Positions 40,954 to 62,012 of a stretch of DNA of 64,000 nucleotides are shown in pieces (position 1 is the first letter of the stretch; every line of letters begins with the position of its first letter). The DNA is taken from NCBI RefSeq assembly GCF_036588685.1, contig NC_086382.1:45818001-45882000 (forward strand), read 5' to 3'. Source of the stretch: Mytilus trossulus (taxonomy: Eukaryota). Made by a program: the position numbers and the translations under genes. The notes beneath the pieces were generated by a model, which was not told where the DNA came from, ran no database searches, and saw nothing but the letters and a program-made list of their open reading frames with translations.

Positions 40954-42106
40954 TACGGGGCGCCGAATGGGACTCTTGTGTTTTTGTACTCGAAATTCAA
41001 TTTTGTACGGACAAAAGTGACTTTTGTGCAACAAAAATGAGTTCAGTTTAACAAAATTTGTAAGATACTACAAATTTAAAATGTTGTCATACAAAATTAT
41101 CTTTCAGTGGACAAAAGTCACTTTCGTCATGACAAAATTCATTTTTGTTAAACAAACTTGACTTTTGTTACCTATTTTGAAAATTAGGCGACAAAAGTCA
41201 ATTTTGTATGCAAATTAGTTTAGTTTGGATTCTATGAACCAATTTGCATACAAAATCGACTTTTGTTACTCAAAATTGCCTTTTGTGAGACAATGACTTT
41301 TGTGAGACAAAATTGACAAAATTCAATTTTGTCTCACAAAATTGAGACAAAATTCAATTTTGTCTAACAGAAGTAACAAAATTCAATTTTGTCAATTTTG
41401 TCTCACAAAAGTCAATTTTGTCTCACAAAAGTAAATTTTTGTCTCACAAAAGTAAATTTTTGTCTCACAAAAGTCAATTTTTGTCTCACAAAAGTCAATT
41501 TTGTCGTCACAAAAATGAATTTTGTCGTCACAAAATTGACTTTTTTGAGACAAAAGTGACAAAATTGAATTTTGTTCAATTTTGTCTCACAAAATTGAGA
41601 CAAAATCATTTTGTCTCACAAAAGTGAATTTTGTTGTCACAAAAATGAATTTTGTCGCACAAAATTGAATTTTGTCTTCACAAAATTGACTTTTGCGAGA
41701 CAAAATTGACAAAATTGAATTTTGTCTCACAAAAGTCAGTTTTGTCTCACAAGTCTCAATTTTGTCTCACAAAACTCAATTTTGTCCCACACAATTGACT
41801 TTTGTGTTTTAATTTCCATATCAGGTAAAAAAGTCACAATTTTGTATGCAAATAAGACTTAGTTTATATTTGCATACCTTTTTGACAAAATTGACTTTTG
41901 TCATAACAAAAATGAATTTTGTCTACAAAAATGAATTTTGTCATCACAAAATCGAATTTTGTCTACAAAAATGAATTTTGTCATCACAAAATTGAAGTTC
42001 TCATAAAAGAAGTCTGTATCACATAGTTTTGTAAGACAAAAACGATTTTGTTATGACAGAATTGAATTTTGTACAAAACCACAAGAGTCCCATTCGGCGC
42101 CCCGTA
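40954..42106. mobile_element. Non-autonomous TIR element filled with a palindromic ~21-bp minisatellite
   Basis: Perfect 27-bp TIR tacggggcgccgaatgggactcttgtg / cacaagagtcccattcggcgccccgta, ATCAT on both flanks, internal acaaaa-N5-ttttgt repeats. Confidence 0.85.
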
Positions 42107-43964
42107 ATCATGGCATCGGTAATCGTTATGAAACACTTTTTTAATAGATGACCCTGCATGGCTATGTTCCACTCGTAGCCACAATCCATTTATCTTTGTG
42201 AAATAATGTGATGTATATCCAAATCACTGGTATTAAAGAGATAATAGTAACTGCAATTACGATTATCCCAATATGGCGAGCCGACGGTAGATATAGGTAA
42301 AATCTTTACACTCGTTTTTCTCAAATGTAGCATGTATTTGTCAATAGTTACTCAGCTGCAAGGTTTATCTATACCATTTCATCATATTTGAATCGTAACA
42401 GTGCACTGCAATTGTCTAAGCGCTGTGAAAATAGCCGTTGAAAAATTCGGGATGATAATCGTTACTGGGAAAAAAGATAATCGTAATTATGGTATCTAAA
42501 AATAAAAAAGATAATCGTAACTGGAAACTGTTTTATTGATATTGACACTAAAAACGTAAATCTGATAGCATATTATGAAATTATGGCGATGAATTATTTA
42601 CGAAACATACCAACATCTCATGACATTTCTTTTTATGCATATATAATTAATAGTTCTTATGAAAACAGCTACATACTAGTATATCATAAAATTGGAAGGG
42701 TGAACAAGAAATTTGGAAATGGGAAATCACGAACTTTGTTAATTTACAGAAATTTCCAAACACTAGGTATGCCACAAAATATGTGAATGAGCGATGGAAA
42801 TTATGATACATGACAACAATTGTCAGGCGACACACGCATGTGTCACCTTATATCAGGTTTCTGATTAAGACAGTAAACAAAAATTATGCTATTTCTGCCC
42901 CGGGAAGCCACTGCTGGTTTAATTCTAGAACATACCCTATTATGCCATAACGAAGTAGGAAAGACATTTAGTATTCGTAAAAACCCGTTTGACGAGAAAT
43001 TAGTTGCTACAGTTTTCATGTCACTTCGATCATTTTTCATGGATGATATCACAACTTAAAAGTTATGATGTACAAGGGATAACTTTGAAAAGTGTTTTAC
43101 AGTGTCATTTCGGAGTCTTTTACAGCTGACTATGCGGAATGGGGTTTGTTCATTGTTGAAGACCGTACGGTGACCTATGTTTGTTAATGATGAGTCCTGT
43201 CGGTCTCTCGTGGAAAGTTGTCTCATTGGCAAACATACCACATCTTCTTATTTATATTGGCTACTTCATGACTGTCACTAAAATTTCAGTATCTCAGATA
43301 TAAACTATAAAAACAAAATTTAATTTTGAATTATGATAATATGACATCCTTAAAACATTTAAGGCTATATAAGACTAGAGAAAGATTGTCCCTACATGGG
43401 ATTCTTTGTGTATTATGAAATTAAGTAACGTGGAGTTCATTGACAAACATGGATTTGTGTTCTTTTATAGTTTGGCCAAAAGCCCGAAAATCAAGAAATA
43501 AAATTGATGTGGCTTTAAATTTTCTTACAAGAAATACTTATTCAAAGAATGACTGCAAAGTTGAGAATTAAATAACGCATATTCCGGAAAATAAGAAACA
43601 AACTTATTAAAAATTCATAAATACTCGGTATATGAAAAGTATGCTGCATACATATGCATGGAAGATATTGTAGAGAAAAATATTGAAGGTACTAAACAAG
43701 GAACATTTTTGTATTTGCATGCTTGCCCTATAATTAGTACTTTTCCATTAAATGAAAACAAAAATTAGCCTTACCTAATTTTCATGCATTTTTCTGAAGC
43801 ACAAAATATTTGTTTCAAAATCTATAAAAATCTTTGTAACCGACTGTGATGATCTACATGTTATGCCCTTAGATGTAATTTATCAATATACATTTTTGTG
43901 TTTTTTTTTCGTCTGTCAAATGCTTCGTAAGACTATAGGTAAGGTAATTAATAACAAAAAACAA

Positions 43965-44078
43965 AAGTCACAACAAACAAAAGTAACAATAAACAAAAGT
44001 AACAATAAACAAAAGTAACAATAAACAAAAGTAAAAAAACCCAAACAAAAGTGACAATAAACAATAGTAACAATAAAC
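43965..44078. repeat. 16-bp minisatellite
   Basis: aaacaaaagtaacaat repeated about 6-7 times. Confidence 0.85.
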
Positions 44079-44185
44079 TGGTAACTATTCTAGATCCTTT
44101 ACCATTGCACTGTTAAAAGAAACGTCATAAAATACTTGAGTATAATTTGATCAAAACATTTGAACTTAATTTTTTAAATCATATA

Positions 44186-47056
44186 TTATATCAGTTTAAC
44201 ACATGACAGAGGCAAAATCCCTTTGATCTTACTGTGGTATAATCTGGATAATGCACGGGTCAGGTGTGCATTAACTACTTCAATTATTGCACAGGTCACG
44301 TCCTTGACAGATGTTTATTGTACAGTACTTTACGTTTATTGATTCCATTGCTACTACAGATATTTGTTTTTCTCCATTTTGTAAGAAATATCAAGTGGAT
44401 ACATGTATCTATACTCGGACATAAAAAATAGTCACTTGATAAAACATCAGAATAGAAAACATACAAAACAAATTAATGTAGTAGCATTACAATCAACAAA
44501 ATACAAATCTAAATAAGATAAAGAACACAGTTTGATTTAATACTAAAATTATTTTTCCATCAATAAAAAAAAATTGTCATTAAAAAAAAAATGAAAATAA
44601 ATTATCATCGACATCTTCCTATTGTAGTCTTGATATGTAAGTTATCAGTGTCACAACCTGACAGTGAAAATTATCCGCTTTTCATACATTTCTATGTACG
44701 GCTTAAAAACAACTTAAATTAACAATTCAGTGTTAAACATTGAAAAAAAAATCTGTGAGGTTCACATCTTCGTAACAAAATTGAACACACAGTTTTGAAA
44801 AGAGCTGTTACTTGGCAGTCCTCGATATTTTCCTTCTGGTTTTGAAACATTAAATGCATTTTCTGTATTTTCAATATCAACTTGTGCAGGAAGGATTGCA
44901 CGAGTATCGGTTAATGGTTTGGGATCCTCAAGTTTTATCTGCTTATTAGATGGATTCAAAATGTTAGAGACATCTTTTAGCATAGAATCCGCAGGTCTTT
45001 TGTAGGTACGAACAGCCTTTTCACTCCTGTGACCTGTTCTATCCATTATCATCTGCTCACTGACTCCTGCTTGGTACAATCTAGTTGCAAGTGTTCTTTT
45101 CCCAGAGTGGTTACTAAAATTCCCCTTTAATTCTCCCTTTTGGCATATTGTCTTCATGAGTGACCCTAATCTATTAGCGCCCAGTATGTGGTCAAACTTA
45201 ACAGAACCATCTGATAAAACAGGTCTTCGATAAAAAGGACTGCTAACAGATTTATCAATTTCGTATATTGCATTCATATAAATCTGATACGATTGAAGGG
45301 TCTGACAATCCTTCTCTAAATATTGTCTGACAGATTTTGGTGCAATATAGCGATGGCGTAGCCCTCCGTTATACGTTTTATTATCCTTACCCCGGAATTC
45401 TATATAGTTTCCGTTATCATCTTCTCCTAACTGTATTTGTGAAATTTGCAGATTACGGTGCTCGTCACGACCACGTAGACCAAAATATTTACAGTTGTAG
45501 AAAAAAACAGTATGCAATAAACTTTCGGATGAATGATTACCAAACACAGACTTGTCCCACAAAATTTCTTCCTGTTCAACTGAAATTGGATCTGCTTGTT
45601 TAACATTTATACCATACCCATCTGATGTTAATTTTTTCATCTGTGCGTCAAGTATTTGTCTAAACCTCAGAAATCTGTCATCAGACTCGTTCAAAAAGTT
45701 AAGATTAGAAACACCTTGTGACCGCATTCCTCTTAGAAGTCCAGTTACAAGAAGATAAAGTGTTTTCGCTGGATATTTCTCTCCATTCTTTTTTCGAACT
45801 TCTACTACAAATTTTCCTAAAAAGCTGTTAATATCTTGAACAGACAAATCCTTCAGGTTTGGTATAATTAAACCACTACCAATTTTAGAATTCTTCCAGT
45901 CTTCATAGACATTAACTGCCCATTTTGTGGCTTTCTTTGTGTTTTTGTTCTCAGCATCTTCAATAAGTGTATCAATTTCATTGTCTGTCATTTCTGCAAA
46001 CCTTGATTCGACTCCTAGTTCCTGATCTTTAGGTTCTTCATCCTAAAATGAGATAATATCACATAATTTAACACATGGCAGAGGCAAAATCCGGCAGTGG
46101 CAAATATTTCATGAATGTTCCGGATGAGAACAATTAAACAATAAAATTAGTCGGTAGTTTCCTAAAATGATTATATCAAGGGTCTAAGTAGCGGGCCAGA
46201 CCTTTTTATTAACGGGGGAGGGCTGACTGACCTAAAAGGAGGGGGGCGCGTCATGCTTCAGTGATTCCATATATAATTAACCATTTTTTTCCACAAAAGA
46301 GAGACCCGGGACTCCATCCCTTGGATCTGTCTATAGGTCCACACCTCAAATCATGAAATAATGGGAACTTTTTATTAAAGGGGGAGGGCTGACTGACCTA
46401 AAAGGAGGGGGCGCGCGTCATGCTTCAATGATTCTCTATATAATTAACCATTTTTTTTCCACAAAAGAGGGACCCGGGACTCCATCCCTTGGATCCGTCT
46501 ATGGGTCCACACCTCAAATCAGATAAATCATGCAATAATGGGTCTGCGCGAGGCAGATAATTCTAAAAAAAAAGACGTACCTTGACATTTTTGATCTTTC
46601 CGTTTTCCGAAGGAACTTGCAACCATAGATCTAAGTCTAGTCCTAGGTCAAATGAAACAGCTGAGGTGTTGATAAAATCTCCAGATGCATTCTCATCCAT
46701 CACATTACTAGGAAACTCTCCAAAAAAGTCCTCTATATTTACATTTCTCAGTTCCATTTCATCCTCCAATGTTTCTAATACTTGTGATAAGATCATATCA
46801 TCCTCCGATAATTCATGATGAAATCCATCCATTGCAACGTCTTGTTGGGCGAATGTGATTTATGCGGGAAAATTGTTGACGTCGTTGACGTCATGTGTTA
46901 AAACAGTTATTGGCCAATCAAATCGGTATATGTTTTAATTTGCACAGCACGAGATGACCCAATAACCCGAACTCCTTCGTCGTTCGGGTTAAACAGGGTC
47001 ACTCGAGCTGTGCAAATTAAATCCCATATACCGACTTGCTTGGTCAATAACTATAA
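44186..47056 (-). mobile_element. Crypton-like tyrosine recombinase transposon (boundaries approximate)
   Basis: Two-exon YR gene with a ~150-bp hairpin at 46905-47052 upstream of it. No TIR or TSD identified. Confidence 0.65.
44762..46832 (-). CDS. Crypton-type tyrosine recombinase (DUF3504 / KCTD1-ZMYM-QRICH1-related), ~510 aa, 2 exons
   Basis: Exons 46832-46581 and 46042-44762, in frame. Motifs SRFAEMT, NTKKATKWAV, EVRKKNGEKYP, FGLRGRDEH, NHSGKRT, RTGHRS, VRTYKR. Confidence 0.88.
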
Positions 47057-47174
47057 CATATAATAGAAAAAAGTAAATCCAAGGGAAAAATATGTACGGC
47101 TGAATTTATTGAATTATAAGGAAAAGGAAGATATGGGGGGTCAGATATGAACACTAAATCCGATAATGCAGTTT

Positions 47175-47450
47175 TATAGATTATCGTTGATTATCTCAAC
47201 GAGATTGATTTTCTCGCTTGAGCTGGTACAGCGAAAGTGAGAAAAGCAATCGAGTTGAGATGACCAATGAGAATCTGTTTATCGCTATTTTACCTATGAC
47301 GACGTTGTCAATTTCAATGTCAATTTCGTTAGCAACGCCACGTGGCCTCCTTAGTTTCTAGCGATAATTTTTCCATCTCAAGCGAGAAGCATGATATGAA
47401 AATTATCACAAAAAAGATCAAAGGAAAAATGCACATAATAGCGATAAATA
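47175..47450. repeat. Short element with a ~100-bp terminal hairpin (possible non-autonomous Crypton)
   Basis: atctcaacgagattgattttctcgctt ... aagtgagaaaagcaatcgagttgagat; also tttatcgctatt ... aatagcgataaa. Confidence 0.45.
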
Positions 47451-48289
47451 AAGTTATTGACGGAAACTTGTTCATTTCGCACAGAATTTTAGTATAAACG
47501 TGATATAAGAGGCAAACAACATATGACATATGAAAATTTGGTATACGTGATTTTCATTTGGAGCAATGAATTGAAAGGATTGCACTTTTGGAATATGGGA
47601 TATAGCTTATCCATCCTTTTTCTCATCAAATAGAGATATATAGGTAAATTTATCCTAGATATTAACCTGTAAGTTTCTTTATTTATTTGTATATGCGTTA
47701 ATGTCATCGTTAAACTGGGCATTTACAGTTTTAACACACAAAATACCATTGAAATGCTGAAAGACACATTTATTATGTTTCAGTTACTATTATCCGATTA
47801 AGAAAATTACGATTATCAAAGAAGAAAAATACTATAGAGTTACGATTATCATCCCGAATTTTTCAACGGCTATTTTCACAGCGCTTAGACAATTCCAGTG
47901 CACCATTACGATTCAAATATGATGTAATGGTATGGATAAACCTTGCAGCTGAGTAACTATTGACAAAAGCATGCTACATGTAAGAAAAATGAGTGTAAAG
48001 ATTTTACCTATATCTACCGTCGCCATATTGGGATAATCGTAATTGCAGTTACCATTATCTCTTTAATACCAGTGCAAATGTTAATTGAAATAAACAATAC
48101 GACGAGTGTCACAATATGACCAGAAACTGCTCACCCTTTCGGAGCACTGACTTCACATATCTGTTGCTAAATAGTCAGTGTAGGTTTGTGTTGTGATTGC
48201 AAACTTATGTCTGTTTCTTCATTTCTGTAATTTAATTATGACTTTGTCTGTTGGTAATCCACTCTGTGTGTTTGTTAGATGTAATTATA

Positions 48290-48695
48290 TTTTTATCCAT
48301 TTGATGAGTTTATAGCCTTTTTCAAATGATTTTTATAGTTCGTTCTTATATTGTACTGTTATACCACTGTCCCAGGCTAGAGGGAGAGTTGGGATCCCGC
48401 TACCATGTTTAACACAGCCACATTCTGTATGTATGTGCCCGTCCCAAGCCAGGAGCCTAGCTGTAATTCAGTGGTTGTCGTTTGTTGGTGTGTTACATAT
48501 TTGCTTTTTGTTAATTTTTTGTAAATAAATTTGGCCGTTAGTTTTCTCATTTGAATTGTTTTACATTTGTCATTTCGGGCCCTTTTATTGATGACTATGA
48601 AGGCCGTACGGTGAACTACAGTTGTTGATTTCTGTGTCATTTGGTCTCTTGTGAAGAATTGGCTCATTGGCAATCACACCACATCTTTTTTTTTA
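48290..48695 (+). repeat. Copy of the abundant retroposon tail
   Basis: Colinear with 37245-37667, with an internal deletion. Confidence 0.8.
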
Positions 48696-51651
48696 TACTT
48701 GTAAGTGTTCTCGTTTCTTACAATTTGAAGTTGAAATTTGTAAAATTTATTTGCCAAAGAGTGAGAGAGAGGGGTGCTTTTTACTTCTTTTCAGAGGATT
48801 TTGCCCTTGCAAGGCAAAGCGTACGTAATATGCTTGTCACACTTGTACTTAAAGGTGACTTCCGTGAAGTCACTAAGCAAACATGCATAAATTTATTTAT
48901 TTACTAGACTGAAGTCAGTTGACAGAAAGACGGGTTTTCTTTTTCGTCAGGTAAAAGGTAGGACAATTCTTGTATTTCTCGATTGATGTAATCAACATGG
49001 AAATTTTCAAAACGTCTTGGTCCATGGTTTTGTCTGTTTTTCATCGAGTATGATTTTTTTTGTATTATTGCATTGGTATCTCCTACCTATTTATTTTTTT
49101 TGGCTCGTTTGCTTTGAGGTTCTTACAACATTTTGCATTATTTCAGTAATATCATAAAACATAAAGACATATATATGAAGGTGTGGTATGAGTGCCAATG
49201 AGTCAACTTTCCATCCAAGTCACAATTTATAAAAGTAAACCATTATAGGTCAAGGTACGGTACACTAGTATACAAGTGCAATTTTAATAGATTTGTTTTT
49301 CAAAATCTGCGTATTTAATAAAAAAGAAAGAAACTGAAAACTTTATGCTTGAAAGCTTATATAATATTGTTTTTTCCTATAGTTTCAATAAGAAAGTAGG
49401 AATTTGTATTCTTATTTCATAATTATCAGTTAAAATGACGAAAAACGTCATCATCACCAATTAGTTGACCGATACGATTTGTCTATGTCTCAAAAGAGAG
49501 AGGTCTTTTGATAACAGAATACTTACGTATATTTGTAATTTTACTGGTTGTGACATATTTCTGATTGTGATATTTTGAGTTCAGACGGTGGTGCATGCGT
49601 ACCCAGTGAGGCTTGATTACCAAGACGTCAGCGTGTACTGTCCAACCCTTTGAAAGTAGGCCTACTCGGACAAAAAATAGTGCATTTGATGTCATTGTTT
49701 ACTTAAACTAACCAACAAATTGCCAGAAATGAAACTGTTGGTGAAAGAGAAATATATTTAGACCATTTTGAGCCAAAATTTACATGTCTATGAGTTTGCA
49801 TTAAAAATTGAGGATTAATGCGCTCCATAGTATACTAATTTAAGATTTCCAGAAACCCAGGGGTTATTTTTGGAGTGCCTCTCTTTGAAAGTCAGTTTTT
49901 TTGTTAGAAGGCTTTAAAGGTATGTTGAAAATTGGCATGCAGAAAGCTGATACATGTACAATTCAGGATATACCTGGTTTCTATGAAGTTAAACTTAAGG
50001 TAAAATATTTAGAAAGCTGTGAAAATTGCAAAATTTGGTTGAACAGATAGGGACTTTTAATTGGTGGTCTGACACCTTTAAGCGAAATGCGGTGAAACAT
50101 CAAAATCAGAAAACAATTGATTTTTTTTGTCTAAACTGATCATTTGAAATAATAGTAGCCACATTTCAATCTTTTTGGGGGCAAAATGTCACATATTGCA
50201 AATTTAGAGCCTAAAACTTGAGTTTCTGCTATGTTTAGCTTTTCTCACCCTGACAATATGCTTTTATATAAAAATATGTCCTAAATTGTTATAAATGCAC
50301 AGAAAGTTGTTTCTGTGGTGTTAAATATTAAAACATAGGTTGTTTACTACCCCCAAACAAATTTTGTCATGCATATTTAATGAAATTATTTGATTTTTAC
50401 CCCTTATATCATTGCGTCATACTATGTACTTGCCCTGGCAGATAGCATAGCCTTATGTAAACACGGCAGAAACTCACAAAAATACCATTTATTATTCCAA
50501 ATGAATTTTTTTTTCTTAAATTTTATTAACTGATGTAAACAAAAACAGTTAAATGACCATGACCGACTTTTGATCAATTTGTAGTACTTTACTGACACCA
50601 GATGAAAAAAAAGGGGGGGGGGTCAATATTCCTTGACACTTCAATACCTTGGATTTTTTACTAAATTCATTGCACAAATTGTTGAAAGTATTTTAAGAAG
50701 TAGAACAAGGAAAAATCAGCAAAAACTGATCTTGATATTGAAAGTTTATGTTCCTGTAGCCCAAAAGGAAATTTTCAAGTATTTTCTATCAAATTCATAC
50801 ATAACAGTCAGTTTAAATTGAGCTGTGAAATTTTTAATAAAGTCGCATTATGCTCAGATAGGCTGTTTTTAACTACAAATTGACTAAGAATTAATAATAA
50901 AGCAAAACAAAAGATTTCTAATCAACTTTTTTGTCTCAAGTACATACGAGTCCCGCGTTTTTTATTGTTACCTTCATTTGTCTTCATTATTGATTTGTGA
51001 GCTTTGCTTAACGTTATACTAGTACTGTTGTTTTATAGGATTTAATCTGGTTTCTAACAGGTGTAATTTCTGCCAAATATAGAAATCTTGTTTTTTTTAA
51101 TAACTTTTTGATTTTATTTTCGTCATCAGTTGAGATTATGAAGGAGTTTACAGTAAATGTCTGACAAACACTTTTTATTCTTAAATTGTAAGAAAGAATT
51201 TTGGACGCCCGACTTGAAACTTGTTGTTTATTGTTTTGAATTTACAAAAATTAAAAGATTCATTTAAGAAGTAATACTATCTTACATTATGGTCGTTAAT
51301 TATTTAGTTTAAGTCACTAAAATATATATTACGAAAGACATGAAATTAAACTAGCGACCCTGATCCCACCCGGTTCACTCGTTCTTAATCAAAAGGTACT
51401 TTAAATACTCGATGGACTAAATGTACCTCAAATGTATTTTTACTATTATACAATAAGATATACCCGATTCAATGTTACGCCACACTAAAAAAGGATACTA
51501 GTACATGAATAATGGTTATATATCCATTAATACCTGTACGAATCAAGTGTCTTTTATATCTTTTGTAATACTATAACACCAGGAGTTGAATGTTTGTAGT
51601 GTTAAAAAATCAAATTGAGGACAAATACAACAAAAATTCAGAGGATTGAAA

Positions 51652-59951
<8,300 letters not shown>

Positions 59952-59996
59952 TAGGGGAACTTATAGTCATCAAAGGTACCAGGCGTATAATTTGAA

Positions 59997-60038
59997 ACGG
60001 CAGACGCGCGTTTCGTCTACATAAGACTCATCAGTGAC
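59997..60038 (-). ncRNA. Type I hammerhead ribozyme core, family A variant
   Basis: cagacgcgcgtttcgtctacataagactcatcagtgac. Confidence 0.7.
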
Positions 60039-60344
60039 TCATTATTAAACGTGTTGTTTTATATTTTTTACATCACTTGGTCGATACCTCTGCTGGTGGA
60101 CTATCAGTCCCCGAGGGTATCATCAGCTCTGTAGTCAGTGCTTTTGTACTGACATGATTAAACAAACTTTACTAAAATTTGCCGTTTATAAATTTTGAAA
60201 TTATTATGAAACTAAGGTTTCAACTCCATCAGGCAAAGTTGGCTTTAGATGAATTTGGCTATTTATTTTAGGTATTTTTAACATATAGCTCTTCAACGAT
60301 TTTCGGTACTTATACATCTTCGGATTTCAAATGTTTGGCTTTGA

Positions 60345-60386
60345 GCGTTCCTGATGAAGGTAAATCCAGAAAAGCGCTTCGAACGC
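60345..60386 (+). ncRNA. Type I hammerhead ribozyme, family B
   Basis: GCGUUC-CUGAUGA-aGGuaaauCCa-GAAA-A gcgc U-UC-GAACGC. A mutated copy lies at ~62868-62909. Confidence 0.8.
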
Positions 60387-61838
60387 AATAAATTATTAAA
60401 CGTGTTGTTTTATATTTTTTACATCACTGGGTCGATACCTCTGCTGGTTGACTATCAGTCCCCGAGGGTATCATCAGCTCAGTAGTCAGTGCTTCGGTAC
60501 TGACATGATTAAACAAACTTTACTAAAGTTGTCCGTTATTAAATTTTGAAATTATTATGAAACTAAGGTTTCAACTCCCTCAGGCACAGTTGGCTTTAGA
60601 TGAATTAGACTTTATTAGATTAACTCTCTAAGGAACGACCGTTTTCATTGGTCAATTCAAACCTTCGACCTCACACCTGCGGAAATAGAACACACGTACT
60701 ATAACTCTGAATGGACTGATTAATATTCACGTAGCTGGTCAAGGTCGTTTAAAGATTCCATCGTCGTATTCGCATACGTGATTCCAATCACAATTCTAGC
60801 TTTTATAAATGTGCATGTGAAATTCATTGGTTTTATAATTTTCTGCAATTGGTAGTAAAGTTTAAACTTTAAAATCTTAACAGTTTTCACATCTAAATAT
60901 TCAATGTAAAATGTCTCCTCTAGTTCAAGGAACGACATCAAAAGTTCAATGTAGGATAAAAAAAACTCAATTCACATGTTTTTTTTCATTGACTCCCCCC
61001 AAGTTGCTGATCCTGCTCAATGCTTTTACTCAATAGACTCGATGAATTAACGTTGTACTTGAAATATGAAACCGTACTTTACTACAAACACTTTTCATAT
61101 TCTTTGCCAAATTTTAGGTATTCGACATAGGATAGTGATTTTTTTTCTGATTCCGTTTACTTGAAGAAAAAAAAATCCCGAAATTGTAAGTAAATTCATA
61201 ACATGTAACCAAGAATGCTTTGTTAAGAAAAACGGAGATGGCCAATCATGGCACAGGGGATGATTAAATGTAGTTTATAAACTCCAACGATATAATTCAT
61301 GAGGTTTTGCTATTCTTGGTTAAAAAACGAACGTAAATTATATATTGTAAGTATTAGACCGTTGGTTTTCCCGTTTGAATGGTTTTACAGTAGTAATTTT
61401 GGGGCCCTTTATAGCGTGTTGTTCAGTGTGAGCCAAGGCTCCGTGTTGAAGGCCGTACATTGACCTATAATGGTTTACTTTTATAAATTGTTATTTGGAT
61501 GGAGAGTTGTCTCATTGGCACTCACACCAGATCTTCCTATTTCTATGTAAATAGAAACAAACAGTTTTAAAAAAAGTGTTTATTCATTAAATCATTTAAA
61601 TGCATTGATATAAAGGTGAGTTTCTTCTTGTACATGTATTTAGTCATCCTTAACTTCTTGATATTTTGTTTATCAGTTTATCATACACGTTTCGTTTTGT
61701 ATTTCATTTTAAATACGAATACATACTACATATACTTTAGCGGATAGTTCAACAATGTTATGCAGATCTATTATTACAATATAAAATTAAAAGATAAATG
61801 TTCATCCACTTAAAATCGAAAACAGTACATTTATATTT

Positions 61839-62012
61839 AAAAAAGAAGATGTGGTATGATTGCCAATGAGACAACTCTCCACAAGAGACCAAAATGACAC
61901 AGAAATTAACAACTATAGGTCACCGTACGGCTTTCAATAATGAGCAAAGCCCATACCGCATAGTCAGCTATAAAAGGCCCCGAAATGACAATGTAAAACA
62001 ATTCAAACGAGA
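61839..62012 (-). repeat. Short 3'-end copy of the abundant retroposon tail (a related variant lies on + at ~61355-61540)
   Basis: aaaaaagaagatgtggtatgattgccaatgagacaactctcc. Confidence 0.85.

Larger units (their letters stand above)
42225..48074. mobile_element. Transib-like non-autonomous element (CAC termini, ~240-bp TIRs, 5-bp TSD) containing nested insertions
   Basis: CAAAT|cactggtattaaagagataat ... attatctctttaataccagtg|CAAAT; arms 42225-42467 and ~47838-48074. Confidence 0.75.

Noticed and set aside
41412-41627. Repetitive ORFs (SHKSKFL / FVRQK repeats)
   Set aside because: Translations of the palindromic minisatellite.
50423-50946. MITE bounded by tatgtacttg...caagtacata
   Set aside because: Only a 10-bp inverted match with no TSD; not enough support.
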